Source of the DNA: Podarcis vaucheri
Taxonomy: Eukaryota
DNA length: 64,000 nt
Reading direction: 5' to 3' (one strand)
Assembly (NCBI GenBank): GCA_965113315.1
Contig: OZ220369.1
In this document: positions 1-11,942 of the stretch, piece by piece
Layout: the number at the start of each line of letters is the position of its first letter
How positions within the stretch are numbered: position 1 is the stretch's first letter
Translations under genes and position numbers: made by a program
The notes under the pieces: generated by a model
Seen by the model: the letters and a program-made list of their open reading frames with translations, nothing else
What the model was told of the DNA's origin: nothing
The model's database searches: none

Positions 1-1284
1 TCCAGCTCTCCTTTCTCCTCTGGTATGTTTTGCTAAGGATTACCACATGTAACAACAAGTTCACAAAGAAAATTCATCAGCTATGCGCGTGCACAAACAC
101 ACACCACACACACACCTTCCAGGTTGCTTTGCACACTTCCATGAGAAAGGGGATGGGCTGGCAAGACATCAGCGAGCAGCTGAAAAGTACTGCAATGGAA
201 TCAGGTGACTTGCTTGCATTCCCAGTGTCTGCAATCACCTCTGCTGAGAAAGTCTTTCTCCCTCCCTCCCTCCCTCTCTCCCCGTCCCCCAACCCAGCAA
301 ATCACACATACGCAGGCATCCCTTGGCTTTTGGAAGACGGAGTGAATTAAAAGCTTTTAATACAACTGATGACTAAAAGGGAAATAAACAACAACAACAA
401 ACAACAAGGGCAGACCCTGGTGTAGGACACAACAAACTCGCGGCACTGCAGCAAAACCAGCTACCCAGAATGCTAAACTGTGTTGCTGAATGCAGTACAG
501 CTACAGCCTGCTAGGAGACAGCTTTACTTGCACAGCCAGCTTGGGAGGAACTCTGCCTTTATATCTGCTGACATCTATACGAAATTTTGCCTTCAACAGT
601 GAGGTGTAGTGACCGTGTCTGTGTCAGTGTCTTGGGTTGCAATTCCGACGCAGCTGTGAAGCTCGCTGGGGTGACCGTGGATCAGTCCCACCCTCTTAGC
701 CTAACTGACTGAGCCTAATTTCGAGCAGATAAAAAGGTTGAAATAACATGTTTTTAAAGCTATCCGTGCACAAATAACTGAAATAAAAAATAGTTCCCAC
801 TTTTAATTTAAGGTGAAAGAATTGCCACTGGTGAACTGTGCTGCCATCTAAAGCTCTCCAGATGTTGCTGGACTCCAACTCCCATCATCCCTGATCATTG
901 GCCACGCCAGCTGGGGCTGATGGGAACCGAAGTCCAACAAGATCTGGAGGGTCACATATCCTGCCCCCCTTCCCGGTCGGCCTGACTAGAGTGTTGGTCT
1001 ATGACCAAGGAGTTCTGGGTTGAAATTCCTATAAAGATCACTCTGGATGACCTTAGTTGAGTTTCTTTTAGCAGCCTAATCTACCTCAAAGGGTTGTTGT
1101 GAGGAAAAAAGTGGTTTTAAGTTCATGGTAGGTAGGATGGGAGAGAAAAATGTCATTTATAAAGGCGGAACAATAAAATAAGCATAAAACTCTGGATGCA
1201 AAGGAATGGTTTAGAGACTACCTACACACGTTAATCCAGTATTGAATTGGTTTAACTATGGCCCTATTTGCTCCTAACCATTAA

Positions 1285-1590
1285 AGCAGTAGGTATAACA
1301 TCACTTTAACAGTCATGGCACCCCAAAAAATCCTGGGAACTGTTTGTTAAGGTGCTCAGAGTTGTCAGGAATTCCCCTATTCCCATCACTGAACTATAAT
1401 TCTCAGAGTCATTTAACAATCAATCCCTCTTCTCAGGGAACTCTGGGAATTGTAGCACTTTGTGATGGGAATAGGGGTCTTCTAACATGTCTCAAAACCC
1501 TTTACAAACCACAGTTCCTGTGATATTTGGGGGGAAGCCATGACTGTTAATAGTGGTGAAACACTCCTTTAAATGTAAGGTGCAGATGCA
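1285..1590. mobile_element. Palindromic MITE, same family as 16380..17030
   Basis: Fold-back of aatcctgggaactg... with ...acagttcctgtgat; boundaries approximate. Confidence 0.65.
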
Positions 1591-2646
1591 GAGTGTTTCG
1601 GATTCTCAACGCTGGAACCCTGGGAATGTCAAGTTCCCGTAAAGTCTTTTAAAGAAATCTTAGCGCCTATTCAAGGCTATAATTACTAGGGTCAAAGAAA
1701 ACCACAGGCAGCGAGATGGGTTTCAAAGCAGTTTAAGATTGTAGGCTATAGACACATCCTCAAGATAAAACACATCAGCCCCAAAATAACAATTTTCTCC
1801 TGGTGCTTCCTGGAATGATGTGAATAAACCTTGCACCAGAATGGATTTCTTTTTCCCTGCATATTCCATTCTGGTGGTATGTTTATCCATATCATACCAA
1901 AAAGCATCCCCATGGATGATGGAAAGATAGATAGATAGATAGATATATAAATCCTGTCTCCCAAACACACACACCCTCTCCAAGCAAAGGCACTGACAAC
2001 CTCTCCCTTCCTTCCCATTTGCCTTTGCCTGCTGCTTCCCAAACTAGACCAGTTCAAGGGATGCAGTTCAGTGGCTTTCCATGCAGAAGGGTGCAAGCTT
2101 CAACCCCAGGTAGGACTGTGAATGTCCCCTGCCTGAAACCTTGGACCGCTGCTGCCAGTCAGGGCAGACAATACTGAGGTAGATGGATAAGCTTCCTATG
2201 TTCCTTGTGTTCCTCTGTATCCCCCATCTGCTGAGATCCTGTTTGTTGCAATTTGGACTTCAAATTGGATTTCTCAGGCAAAAGAGCCATCCATGAACCG
2301 ATCAAATGATGTGACTCACAGCTCAATACACGAAACTCCTTTTTTTTTTTACAAAATACTGCATGAGTATGTACGTATGTATGTGGGATGGGGACAGGAA
2401 GGCCTCTTGTCTGCAGCGTCTTATCTGTATCTCGCAAATGCAAGTCATCCCACAATGTGACAGTTACTGACCACATTCAGACAAACACATGAGTTTTCTA
2501 GCCACAAACACACACAACCCGTCCCATCCTCCCTTTGCATGTGTGTCTTCCATTCACCATAATTTCCCAGCTTATTATTGGAATAAACCAATATACTAAA
2601 TCAACTTAAAAACCATGGTCTTACTATTCTGGCTTGTTTGGAAGTA

Positions 2647-2872
2647 CAGTGGTACCTCGGGTTACATGCGCTTCAGGTTACAGACTCTGCTAACCCAGAA
2701 ATAGTGCTTCAGGTTAAGAACTTTGCTTCAGGATGAGAACAGAAATTGTGCTCCGGCTGCGCAGCGGCAGCAGGAGGACCCATTAGCTAAAGTGGTGCTT
2801 CAGGTTAAGAACAGTTTCAGGTTAAGAACGGACCTCCGGAAGGAATTAAGTACTTAACCCAAGGTACCACTG
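2647..2872. mobile_element. Tc1/mariner (Tigger-like) MITE
   Basis: TIR CAGTGGTACCTCGGGTTA and TA TSD; five similar copies in the window. Confidence 0.9.
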
Positions 2873-3211
2873 TAGAGTAACCATAGTTTCCCAGCTCATA
2901 TGAAACAGGAAACCATAGTTAATGGGAGACATCCCTGTTTAGTGGCTGGCTTGCGCAAAGGGGCTGTGTGATCAGCAAAAAAAGCTCCCTGTGAATTCTC
3001 CCACCAGTGATGAAGATGTAAATGGCTCAGCTTTCCTAATCTGCAAAAAAGAGAGGGTGGAAGGTGGCCCACCTCACAGGGTTACTCTGAAAGTGAATTA
3101 TTATCACTCCATCTCCAAACCTCTAGGATAGGACCATCTGTAAGTCTAAATGAGTCATAACATTCCTGTGTCACTCCCTTGAGACAAACGCAGGGAACAT
3201 CCTGTTCTCTG

Positions 3212-3514
3212 AAGGGAATGTTTGATTGATGTTGGATAGAATCTAAGTGGTTAACAGCTGTAATGATAAAGATAATTGGGGGAAAAAAGAAGAAAGAAAG
3301 GTGTAAAATTAAGTGAAAATTAAGGGTGAGGATTTGCTGAATGAATAATTTGAATTGGAATACAAAAAGGGGAGGTATGAGGAGGTCCGAGAAATAAGTC
3401 AAAAGAAAATAAGTGACTGAAATTATATGTTTTTAATTTTTGTATTTTTGTTTTTGGTCTTTTTTGTATAAACTTGGAAAAGTTAATAAATATATATATA
3501 TATTTTTTTAAAAA
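3212..3514 (+). mobile_element. 5'-truncated L1-type 3' end
   Basis: 18-bp TSD GGAACATCCTGTTCTCTG (3194..3211, 3515..3532); G-rich then T-rich segments, AATAAA and an A/T tail. Confidence 0.8.
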
Positions 3515-4319
3515 GGAACATCCTGTTCTCTGCAGAGGTCAAGCAGGCAGGGCTTGATGCTGCTTAAAAAAAATTAACTGCCCCCTTCCCCAACTGAATG
3601 GCAAAGGCTGGTGCATTCTCTCCCCCACCCAAAGTCTCACTTGTCTGTGTGTGCTGAACTTTAAACTTGCTCTGAATAATGCAAAAAAAAAAGGAAAAGG
3701 GGGTTAGAGGTGTCACGATCCAACCAGTTTGAATTCCCCTTGATTTCAATGGGAAAGCTATAAAAGACACACACTGCTTCTTCAGTACGACTTCAAAGTG
3801 CTTAACTAGGGCTGAAGCATAAACCCACGTCATATTCTGGGTGTGTTTCAACCCACTCCCAATTTTCATGCCAATCAAACTAGCAAGTTGAACAACAACA
3901 ACCTGGTAGCGGGAAGGCAGAGGAGCAAAAGCAAGGGACTAAGAATGGTACCCAAATTACTGGGTGGGGAGGAGGAGAACCAGAGGGGAAAGACCCCCTC
4001 AGCTGATGTTCTTGGAAGGTTACAGGAAGGCTAAGATTTGGCTTTAAAAAATGGAGGGACCACAGGGGGTCAAGAGGATGGGGTTTGTAGATTTCACTAA
4101 GCACCCCCTTTCCCCCATAAATGATGCACTGGCCTAGAGGATGGCAGGCATGTTGTGAACTGTATATTGCATGCACTGCACTAGGAATACACTGAATTAA
4201 AAACAGGGCACTGCAGTTCTGCAGGAGACAAGTTGCCTTAGCTCTCTCTAGTTCCTCCTGGGAAAGACCCACTGAGCTCAAGCTCAGGACTGGCGCACAA
4301 ATGCAGAAGAGTGAAGTGA

Positions 4320-4776
4320 GGATAAGGCGACAGAAAGGGAGGGACAGACAAATCTAATGATTTTGGCTTCTCTCAGTTTCTCATTTCTCCATTCTTAGAT
4401 TCAGATCTCCACATTTCTAGATCAGTTTGCAGTGTTTTTTTTTTTATTTAAAAAAAAGGCGTCATGACAATTCATCTGCATTTTAATGAAAACTTCTACT
4501 ACTTTCGGAATGCTACTTTGCCTAATATACACATTTTTGCAAGGTGATTTTCTGTAATGTAATCATGCTTTTGCATGCTATCTTCATTCATATACACACT
4601 CCCAAGAATGTGAAATTTTGTTTACATTACTTGGATGGAGAACTGTGCTGCAAAAGTCAGAGAAGTGTGAACTTTGAAGTGTGGCTGCATTTTGGTTTGC
4701 GTATTTTTTCAGAGAGTGCAAATTAGGTAGGTTGAACTTTAAATGCAAACTGAACCGAATGTCTCTCCCATCCCTA
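4320..4776. repeat. Interspersed repeat (probably hAT-like); second copy at about 43250..43845
   Basis: Shared tctcagtttct...gaactgcactgcaa...aaatgcaaactga...catccc blocks. Confidence 0.55.
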
Positions 4777-6540
4777 CACAATGGGCCGCTACAAGTGGAA
4801 GAAAGCATTTTTCAATACTACACACACACAGGCACGCAAATTAAAAAAACCAAGCACAGTGGGGAAAAGCCTGGGAAATAACCTTCCTCCCTGATATCCT
4901 AGTTTTCTCTTTGCAAGGAGTTTATTATGCACAGAAAACCACTGAGACGCTAAACGCTTTCTGCCTTCCAGAGTACACAACATATGGCTAGATGGACAAA
5001 TATGTCACTCTTCCCCCAGCACAAGCAACAAGCTACTATTCCTGACTCAGTTATGCCCAAAATGGGGATCATTGTTTATTTCACTCCAAACAAACCACAA
5101 TGTTAAGCCAAGGTTTACTCTTGGCTTGCCAACAGCGGTTTGAGCTAAACAAACCACACACTTCAATTCGGACTTAACGCTAAGTTGGGGATTGGGGGTT
5201 TGATGGAGGTGTGAACTCCAGCCTTGTGGAAAACGGTTTGCTATGGTTTCCTATGGCGTGTGAACTGTGCCACTGCCTTGCCTTGAGGAATGGCCACAGC
5301 TCAGTGGCAGCACACACGTTTTGCATGCAAACTGTAATCTGGCATCCTCAGCCTGGGCTGGGAAATACTGTCTGAAACCCTGGAGAGCCACTAACTGGAG
5401 AGCTGGTTAGCCAAGGCACTTCTATTTTGTTATATCGTCGTATACCTCCAGCTGTGAAACCCAGGAAGTCCCCATCTAATGGGGTAAACCTACAGCAGCA
5501 CCACAAGTAACAAGTTCAGCCACTGAATCATGAAGCTCGCCACCTCTGAATGCTTTCTGATCCAGCTGTGTCTGCACCACTGCTCACATTTTGGGTTGAG
5601 CTGAAACGTTTGGGTTACGTGCTCCTAAAACTGCACATAGTCGCCGGGACAATCCATGCTTGTGTCCTTCCTTTGATTTTTGCAGGAACCTCCATTCAGC
5701 CAAGCAAATGCCTCAAATCTTCGCCAGCTGTTGTGTTGCAGAAGCCTAATTAAGAGCAAATGCTCACATGGATCCACCATGCTTGCAAGGCTGTTAGAAA
5801 TGCATTTTTGTTTTCTGCTGGGGGGGGGGAGACTGGGGTGAAGCTCCAAGCAGATAATTAAAACTCAACTTTATAAGATTACATTACAACATAAGCCTGA
5901 TATAGCCTATTAAAATCCATTGAGATATATTACACCACAAAGCGCACACATAATCCTCCATCCAGCTTCCAAGCAGCAACAAATTTACCTGGCGAAATGA
6001 CATCCTAGTGCAACATGGAAGGCACAAAGGCCAAATGACTATGGTGGGACCTTAGTGGAAGAACCAGGGCACCCTATTGCTTTCTCCTAAACTGCAGTCA
6101 ACAGCAAAAAGAAATGTCTGTGCACAAAAAGACAAAGACTTCCACTCTATAGAATGGATGGCACAAACATACAGTGGTTTATGAACCAGCAAGGCGATAC
6201 AGGGGTTAGAGTTTTGAACTGGGAGATCCAGGTTCAAATCCCCACTCAACCATGAAGTTCAGATTTGGTCTCTCCTTTCCCCTTTTTCTCTTTTATTGAA
6301 GAACAACAGGATATTTTAATGCCATCATCATCACAGAGGTGTCTGTGGAGGGGATATATTCACTGAAAATGTTATCTTGTTTTTCTTTTAGTTTTTTTTA
6401 AAAAGGAACCTGTTTGTTAAGTCTGGCACCAGACTTCTATATATATCCCTGCCACTCTGTAGGTTTTCTTAATAATAATTACTATTGTTTATATGCCGCC
6501 ACCTGACTGGGTTGCCCAGAGAGCCATGTTTTTGACATAT

Positions 6541-6545
<5 letters not shown>

Positions 6546-6592
<47 letters not shown>
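6546..6592. repeat. (TA)n microsatellite; further tracts at 6951..6992 and 11946..12005
   Basis: Directly visible. Confidence 0.98.
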
Positions 6593-6598
<6 letters not shown>

Positions 6599-6948
6599 AA
6601 GGTACCCCTGCCCGAACGGGCCAGTCTTGACAGACTCTGGGGTTTGTGCGCCCATCTCACTCAAGAGGCCGGGGGCCAGCGCTGTCCGGAGACACTTCCG
6701 GGTCACGTGGCCAGCGTGACAAAGCTGCATCTGGCGAGCCAGCACAGCACACGGAACGCCGTTTACCTTCCCGCTGGTAAGCGGTACCTATTTATCTACT
6801 TGCACCCGGGGGTGCTTTCGAACTGCTAGGTTGGCAGGCGCTGGGACCGAGCAGCGGGAGCGCACCCCGCCACGGGGATTCGAACTGCCGACCTTTCGAT
6901 CGGCAAGCCCTAGGCGCTGAGGCTTTAACCCACAGCGCCACCCGCGTC

Positions 6949-6950
<2 letters not shown>
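6593..6950 (-). mobile_element. Sauria SINE (divergent subfamily) inserted in (TA)n
   Basis: Head GGGACGCGGGTGGCGCTGTGG, B-box GTTCGAATCC, (ACCTTT)-type tail. Confidence 0.9.
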
Positions 6951-6995
<45 letters not shown>

Positions 6996-7044
6996 GGTTT
7001 TGGTGTCTTCGGGTGTCTTCCCGTGTAAGAGTCGGGGTGTCTGT

Positions 7045-7082
7045 GCGACGTTTCGACGAGGTCTCACTCGTCATCTTCAGGC
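7045..7082 (-). ncRNA. Identical minimal hammerhead ribozyme motif in the left arm
   Basis: Reverse complement of 11824..11861. Confidence 0.75.
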
Positions 7083-7314
7083 TGGTGCTTTCGGCTTCTT
7101 GTTACTGGAACAGAGCAGAGTCTGGTGTTTGAGTTCCTATAAATACTGTTGAGGGGTGTGGTGTATAGCCTCCAACGTTCTGGGCAGAGAGGAAGTTCCT
7201 AGATTAGTGTGCCTTTTCTTCTTTTGTTCCTTAATTACTTGAGGGATATCTTGAGTGATTTCATGAGTGATATTCTGAATACCACTGGGTGGGTCATTAA
7301 GTGTAGATTAGTTG

Positions 7315-8344
7315 CTAAAGCTTTCGTGTCTTGACCTCTTGAGCTTGTGAAGAGTTTTTCTGAGAAGATGGCTGTGCTGCATTTAGTTGTGCTCTGGCTT
7401 GGCTTCGTGTATAGGGGCGAGCTGTGGTTTTGTGCCTTGTGCCAGCCAGATCTGTGTAGGGATTGCAGGGGGGTGCAGCATCCGGAGGTGCCACTATAGT
7501 TTGGCTACTGGATGGAGTCTGTAATATGTCTGTGGAGAGGGTCTGGGTTTGGGTCTGGTGTGGTTGATTGGTGACGGCGTTCTGTGTGCCTCTGGTTCTG
7601 GTGTCGGTTTTTGTGGGGAGGGCTAATTTCCAGATGTCTGGCAGGCGGGACGTGTCGTCACGCTTGTTCATGTTGTGAGGGTGTTTCTCTATCTCGATGG
7701 CTTCCATGATTATTCTCTTGTGGTGATGTTCCATGTTAAAGAGCAATTTGGAATCTGCAAAATTAATTTCGTGTCCTGTTTCTTTCATGTGTTGGAAAAG
7801 AGAGGAAGTTTTTTCTTCTTTTTTGACGGCATTCTTGTGTTCTGCGATACGTGCATTTATTCGTCTGTTTGTTTGTCCAATGTACGTGGCTGGGCAGACT
7901 TTGCAGGGTATTTCATAGACCCCTTGGTTTTCCAGCTGGATTTTGTCTTTTGGGTTTCTGAGGATATTGGCTATTTTTTGGTTGGTGCAGAAGGCTGTTT
8001 TGATATTGTGTTTATGGAGGATTTTGCTGATTTTGTCTGTAGTGCCCTTGATATAAGGAAGGAGGGCCATGCCATTGTTTTCTTCTGTGTCTTGGTTTTT
8101 GGGGGGTGTTTCTTTTTGGATTAGCTTTGTAACCCTGTTTTTCTGGTATCCATTGGCGATTAACACATTTGAGAGATTCTGTAACTCAGTTGTCAAGTGG
8201 TCTTTGTCAGCCAGGCGTTTGGTTCTGGAGATGAGAGTCTTGGCTACGGAGTTTATTTGTGCAGGGTGGTGGTGTGATTGTGCATGTAAGTAGCGGTTGG
8301 TGTGTGTTTTTTTCTGGTAGATAGTGTGTCCTAGGGAGCCATCA
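7315..8344 (-). CDS. Penelope-like element ORF fragment (end of RT, linker, GIY-YIG endonuclease), left inverted arm
   Basis: ORF 7315..8196 contains GVYEIPCKVCPATYIGQT...R...EH...H...E...N GIY-YIG motifs; homology continues to the junction at 8344. Confidence 0.9.
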
Positions 8345-8986
8345 ATACCTACATCCCGATGACCTACTTGTGAGCTTCGATGTTGTATCTCTCTTCACTC
8401 AAGTGCCCATTAATGAAGCCTTGACAGCCATTCAAAACAAATACAACCCCCCCAAATACATCCTGGACCTGACCAACCACTGCCTAACCAACACATACTT
8501 CATCCACAATGGACAAAGATACAAACAGATAGAAGGAGCACCTATGGGATCACCCCTCTCACCGGTCATCGCAAATTTGTACATGGAACACTTTGAAACC
8601 AATGCTTTAGACAAGTCAGAACACAAACCCAAACTTTGGCTCAGATATGTTGACGACACCTTTGTAATTTGGCCACACGGGAAAGAAAAACTAGATAGCT
8701 TCCTCACACATCTCAACAGCCTACACCCCAAAATACAATTCACTATGGAAATAGAAGACAACAACCAACTCCCCTTTCTTGACGTCCTAATCTACAAAAA
8801 ACCTGATGGCTCCCTAGGACACACTATCTACCAGAAAAAAACACACACCAACCGCTACTTACATGCACAATCACACCACCACCCTGCACAAATAAACTCC
8901 GTAGCCAAGACTCTCATCTCCAGAACCAAACGCCCGGCTGACAAAGACCACTTGACAACTGAGTTACAGAATCTCTCAAATGTGTT
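8345..8986 (+). CDS. Penelope-like reverse transcriptase, 5'-truncated and interrupted by an insertion
   Basis: SFDVVSLFT, GAPMGSPLSPVIANLYMEHFE, WLRYVDDTF, LPFLDV and TNRYLHAQSHHHP are PLE-type RT motifs. Confidence 0.93.
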
Positions 8987-10726
8987 TTTTTTTTTTATAA
9001 TCATATTTATTAAAATTTAACAGAGTAGAAAAGATAAAAAAGATAAAGAAAAGAAAGAAAAAGAGAGACTAGCTTAGACCCTTCTTTTCATAACCTTCTT
9101 TCTGGGACTTCCTCCTTCCCCTCCCGACTGTATTCCCCTTTCCCTAAGTTGGTTCCACAAGTTCTCATCCCCAAATTTAAGCCTAATATATATTACTCAT
9201 AAACCAATTTAAATTTACACAATCTTAACATCACTCCTCGTCTTATAATAAAACAAATTTTTCCCCCAAGATCAGCTCTCATTCCTTCCACGAGTTCCCC
9301 CTTTCTAAAAAAGGAAAAAACGAAAACATATTAGATCAAAGTTATAAAGAATATAAGATAGAATATATAGAAAAGTTCAAAAAATTGGTTACAAAGCCTT
9401 TGGATTCTAGGGTTCCCCCTCCCTTCCCCGGTTTTGATTCCCCATGTCCATTTGTCTGTATGTTGTCGGCCTGGAGATCTTAAGTCCACAGCCAAATTTT
9501 TCTCAGTCCATCTTGCCGGTTTCTTCAGATTTGGTTGTTTTAATAATATTTAACTTCATAAATCCAGTCTAATAGAGGCCTTTAATTTTCCTTAATCTTT
9601 TGTTGCTCCTCCCGTTGTTCTTTCCGTGTCGTATTTAGTCATTTACTCTTTTGCTTCTTGTTTTCTCCGGTTTCTGTCTTGTTCAGCTGTCAAAACATTC
9701 TTGTTTCAAAACTTAGTGTCTCTACAGAGGTTTGTTATTCAGGGACAAGGACTTACGTCCAGTTCCTTTCTTGCTTCAATAGAAGATTCTATTGTATTAT
9801 GGTCACCTCTGTAGACAAAATAATATTTCAGTTCTGCAGCTTTCCCAAGAGATAAGACCTATGCACATCCCAGAGTAGTTTTCCACATACGACACTTGTA
9901 ATGTCCCGAAACCCCTCTAGGGGGATTGCAATAACTTTGTATCCTCTAATCCAAAAGTCAATTTGTTGTTTCTTTTTCCCCGACAGTTTATATCCATATT
10001 TATATCAAATTGTAGCAAAATTAACCAGCAAAGAAAAACTTGTAGCAAAGTCCTCTTTATATTTTCCAGCTTTGACAGCTCCTTTGGCAGCTGTCAAATT
10101 CTCCATCTCTCTTCGCCAGGCTCTCCGAATCGCCCCGGTTCCCAGGGGGGGGGGTTGTCTTTTTCCTCTCACCCTCAACTCTTCTCCTCCAGCACAGTTC
10201 TTATAGTTCACATCGTGGAGTTAATAATTTTTGTCATCAATAAACTTCTGAATCGATCTTGGTTTCTCAGTCCTTGTTTTAGCATGTTTACAATCAGGGA
10301 GGGGACTGACTTCCTTTTTGGATCCCCTCCCGCTCGTGCCAAATCCGGAAAAAATTTTCTTTTTTCCTCCTTTTATGCCCGGTTACCCAATTACTCACGG
10401 GTTGTTGTTAATTGTCCGAATTTTCTTTGGAAGAAGCCAGCGCTCTCCGCCGGATGGCATGCGGCTGCGCCCGGCAGGGGAAGCGGAGGACTCAAAGCAC
10501 CACGCCACTCCCCGGCGCCCGATCCGTAGCCTTTAAAAAGGCTCCTTCACAAGCCGGGAGGGCGATAACGGTGCCAGCCGAGTCACCATGTCCACGGGAT
10601 CCGTTCCCGTGGTTTTTGAGGGTCCCCGCGTCGCCGGCGCGGTAGGACCCAACCCCTGCCGAGCCGACTCCCTCCGGAGCTCGGAGGGAGTCCGCCATTC
10701 GGCGATGGCGCTAACCCGGAAGTCTC
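8987..10726 (-). mobile_element. Non-autonomous L1-type retroposon nested in the Penelope element
   Basis: 18-bp TSD GAATCTCTCAAATGTGTT (8969..8986, 10727..10744), AATAAA plus A-tail on the minus strand, TGTT/AA target, GC-rich 5' end starting GAGACTTCCGGGTTAGCGCC...ATGGCGG, and no long sense ORF. Confidence 0.85.
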
Positions 10727-10744
10727 GAATCTCTCAAATGTGTT

Positions 10745-11591
10745 AATCGCCAATGGATACCAGAAAAACAGGGTTACGAAGCTAATCCAAAAAGAAACAC
10801 CCCCCAAAAACCAAGACACAGAAGAAAACAATGGCATGGCCCTCCTTCCTTATATCAAGGGCACTACAGACAAAATCAGCAAAATCCTCCATAAACACAA
10901 TATCAAAACAGCCTTCTGCACCAACCAAAAAATAGCCAATATCCTCAGAAACCCAAAAGACAAAATCCAGCTGGAAAACCAAGGGGTCTATGAAATACCC
11001 TGCAAAGTCTGCCCAGCCACGTACATTGGACAAACAAACAGACGAATAAATGCACGTATCGCAGAACACAAGAATGCCGTCAAAAAAGAAGAAAAAACTT
11101 CCTCTCTTTTCCAACACATGAAAGAAACAGGACACGAAATTAATTTTGCAGATTCCAAATTGCTCTTTAACATGGAACATCACCACAAGAGAATAATCAT
11201 GGAAGCCATCGAGATAGAGAAACACCCTCACAACATGAACAAGCGTGACGACACGTCCCGCCTGCCAGACATCTGGAAATTAGCCCTCCCCACAAAAACC
11301 GACACCAGAACCAGAGGCACACAGAACGCCATCACCAATCAACCACACCAGACCCAAACCCAGACCCTCTCCACAGACATATTACAGACTCCATCCAGTA
11401 GCCAAACTATAGTGGCACCTCCGGATGCTGCACCCCCCTGCAATCCCTACACAGATCTGGCTGGCACAAGGCACAAAACCACAGCTCGCCCCTATACACG
11501 AAGCCAAGCCAGAGCACAACTAAATGCAGCACAGCCATCTTCTCAGAAAAACTCTTCACAAGCTCAAGAGGTCAAGACACGAAAGCTTTAG
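10745..11591 (+). CDS. Penelope-like GIY-YIG endonuclease region, continuation of the RT ORF after the insertion
   Basis: Removing the insertion and one TSD copy restores LTTELQNLSNVLIANGY in frame, as seen uninterrupted in the left arm. Confidence 0.9.
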
Positions 11592-11823
11592 CAACTAATC
11601 TACACTTAATGACCCACCCAGTGGTATTCAGAATATCACTCATGAAATCACCCAAGATATCCCTCAAGTAATTAAGGAACAAAAGAAGAAAAGGCACACT
11701 AATCTAGGAACTTCCTCTCTGCCCAGAACGTTGGAGGCTATATACCACACCCCTCCACAGTATTTATAGGAACTCAAACACCAGATTCTGCTCTGTTCCA
11801 GTAACAAGAAGCCGAAAGCACCA

Positions 11824-11861
11824 GCCTGAAGATGACGAGTGAGACCTCGTCGAAACGTCGC
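11824..11861 (+). ncRNA. Minimal type I hammerhead ribozyme motif in the Penelope pseudo-LTR
   Basis: CTGAAGA (11826-32), T, stem II GACGAG/CTCGTC, GAAA (11852-55), CGTC. Stem III is reduced to the palindrome ACGT. Stem I has only about 2 obvious bp. Confidence 0.75.
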
Positions 11862-11942
11862 ACAGACACCCCGACTCTTACACGGGAAGACACCCGAAGA
11901 CACCAAAACCTGCATTCCTGTACCCGTGAAAATCTACGAAAG

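Noticed and set aside
7675-8124. 149-aa hydrophobic ORF (and its twin 10782..11231)
   Set aside because: Antisense reading of the A-rich Penelope ORF, duplicated only because the arms are duplicated.
9963-10529. 188-aa plus-strand ORF in the nested element
   Set aside because: Antisense to the element's polyA orientation, F/S-rich, with no domain.
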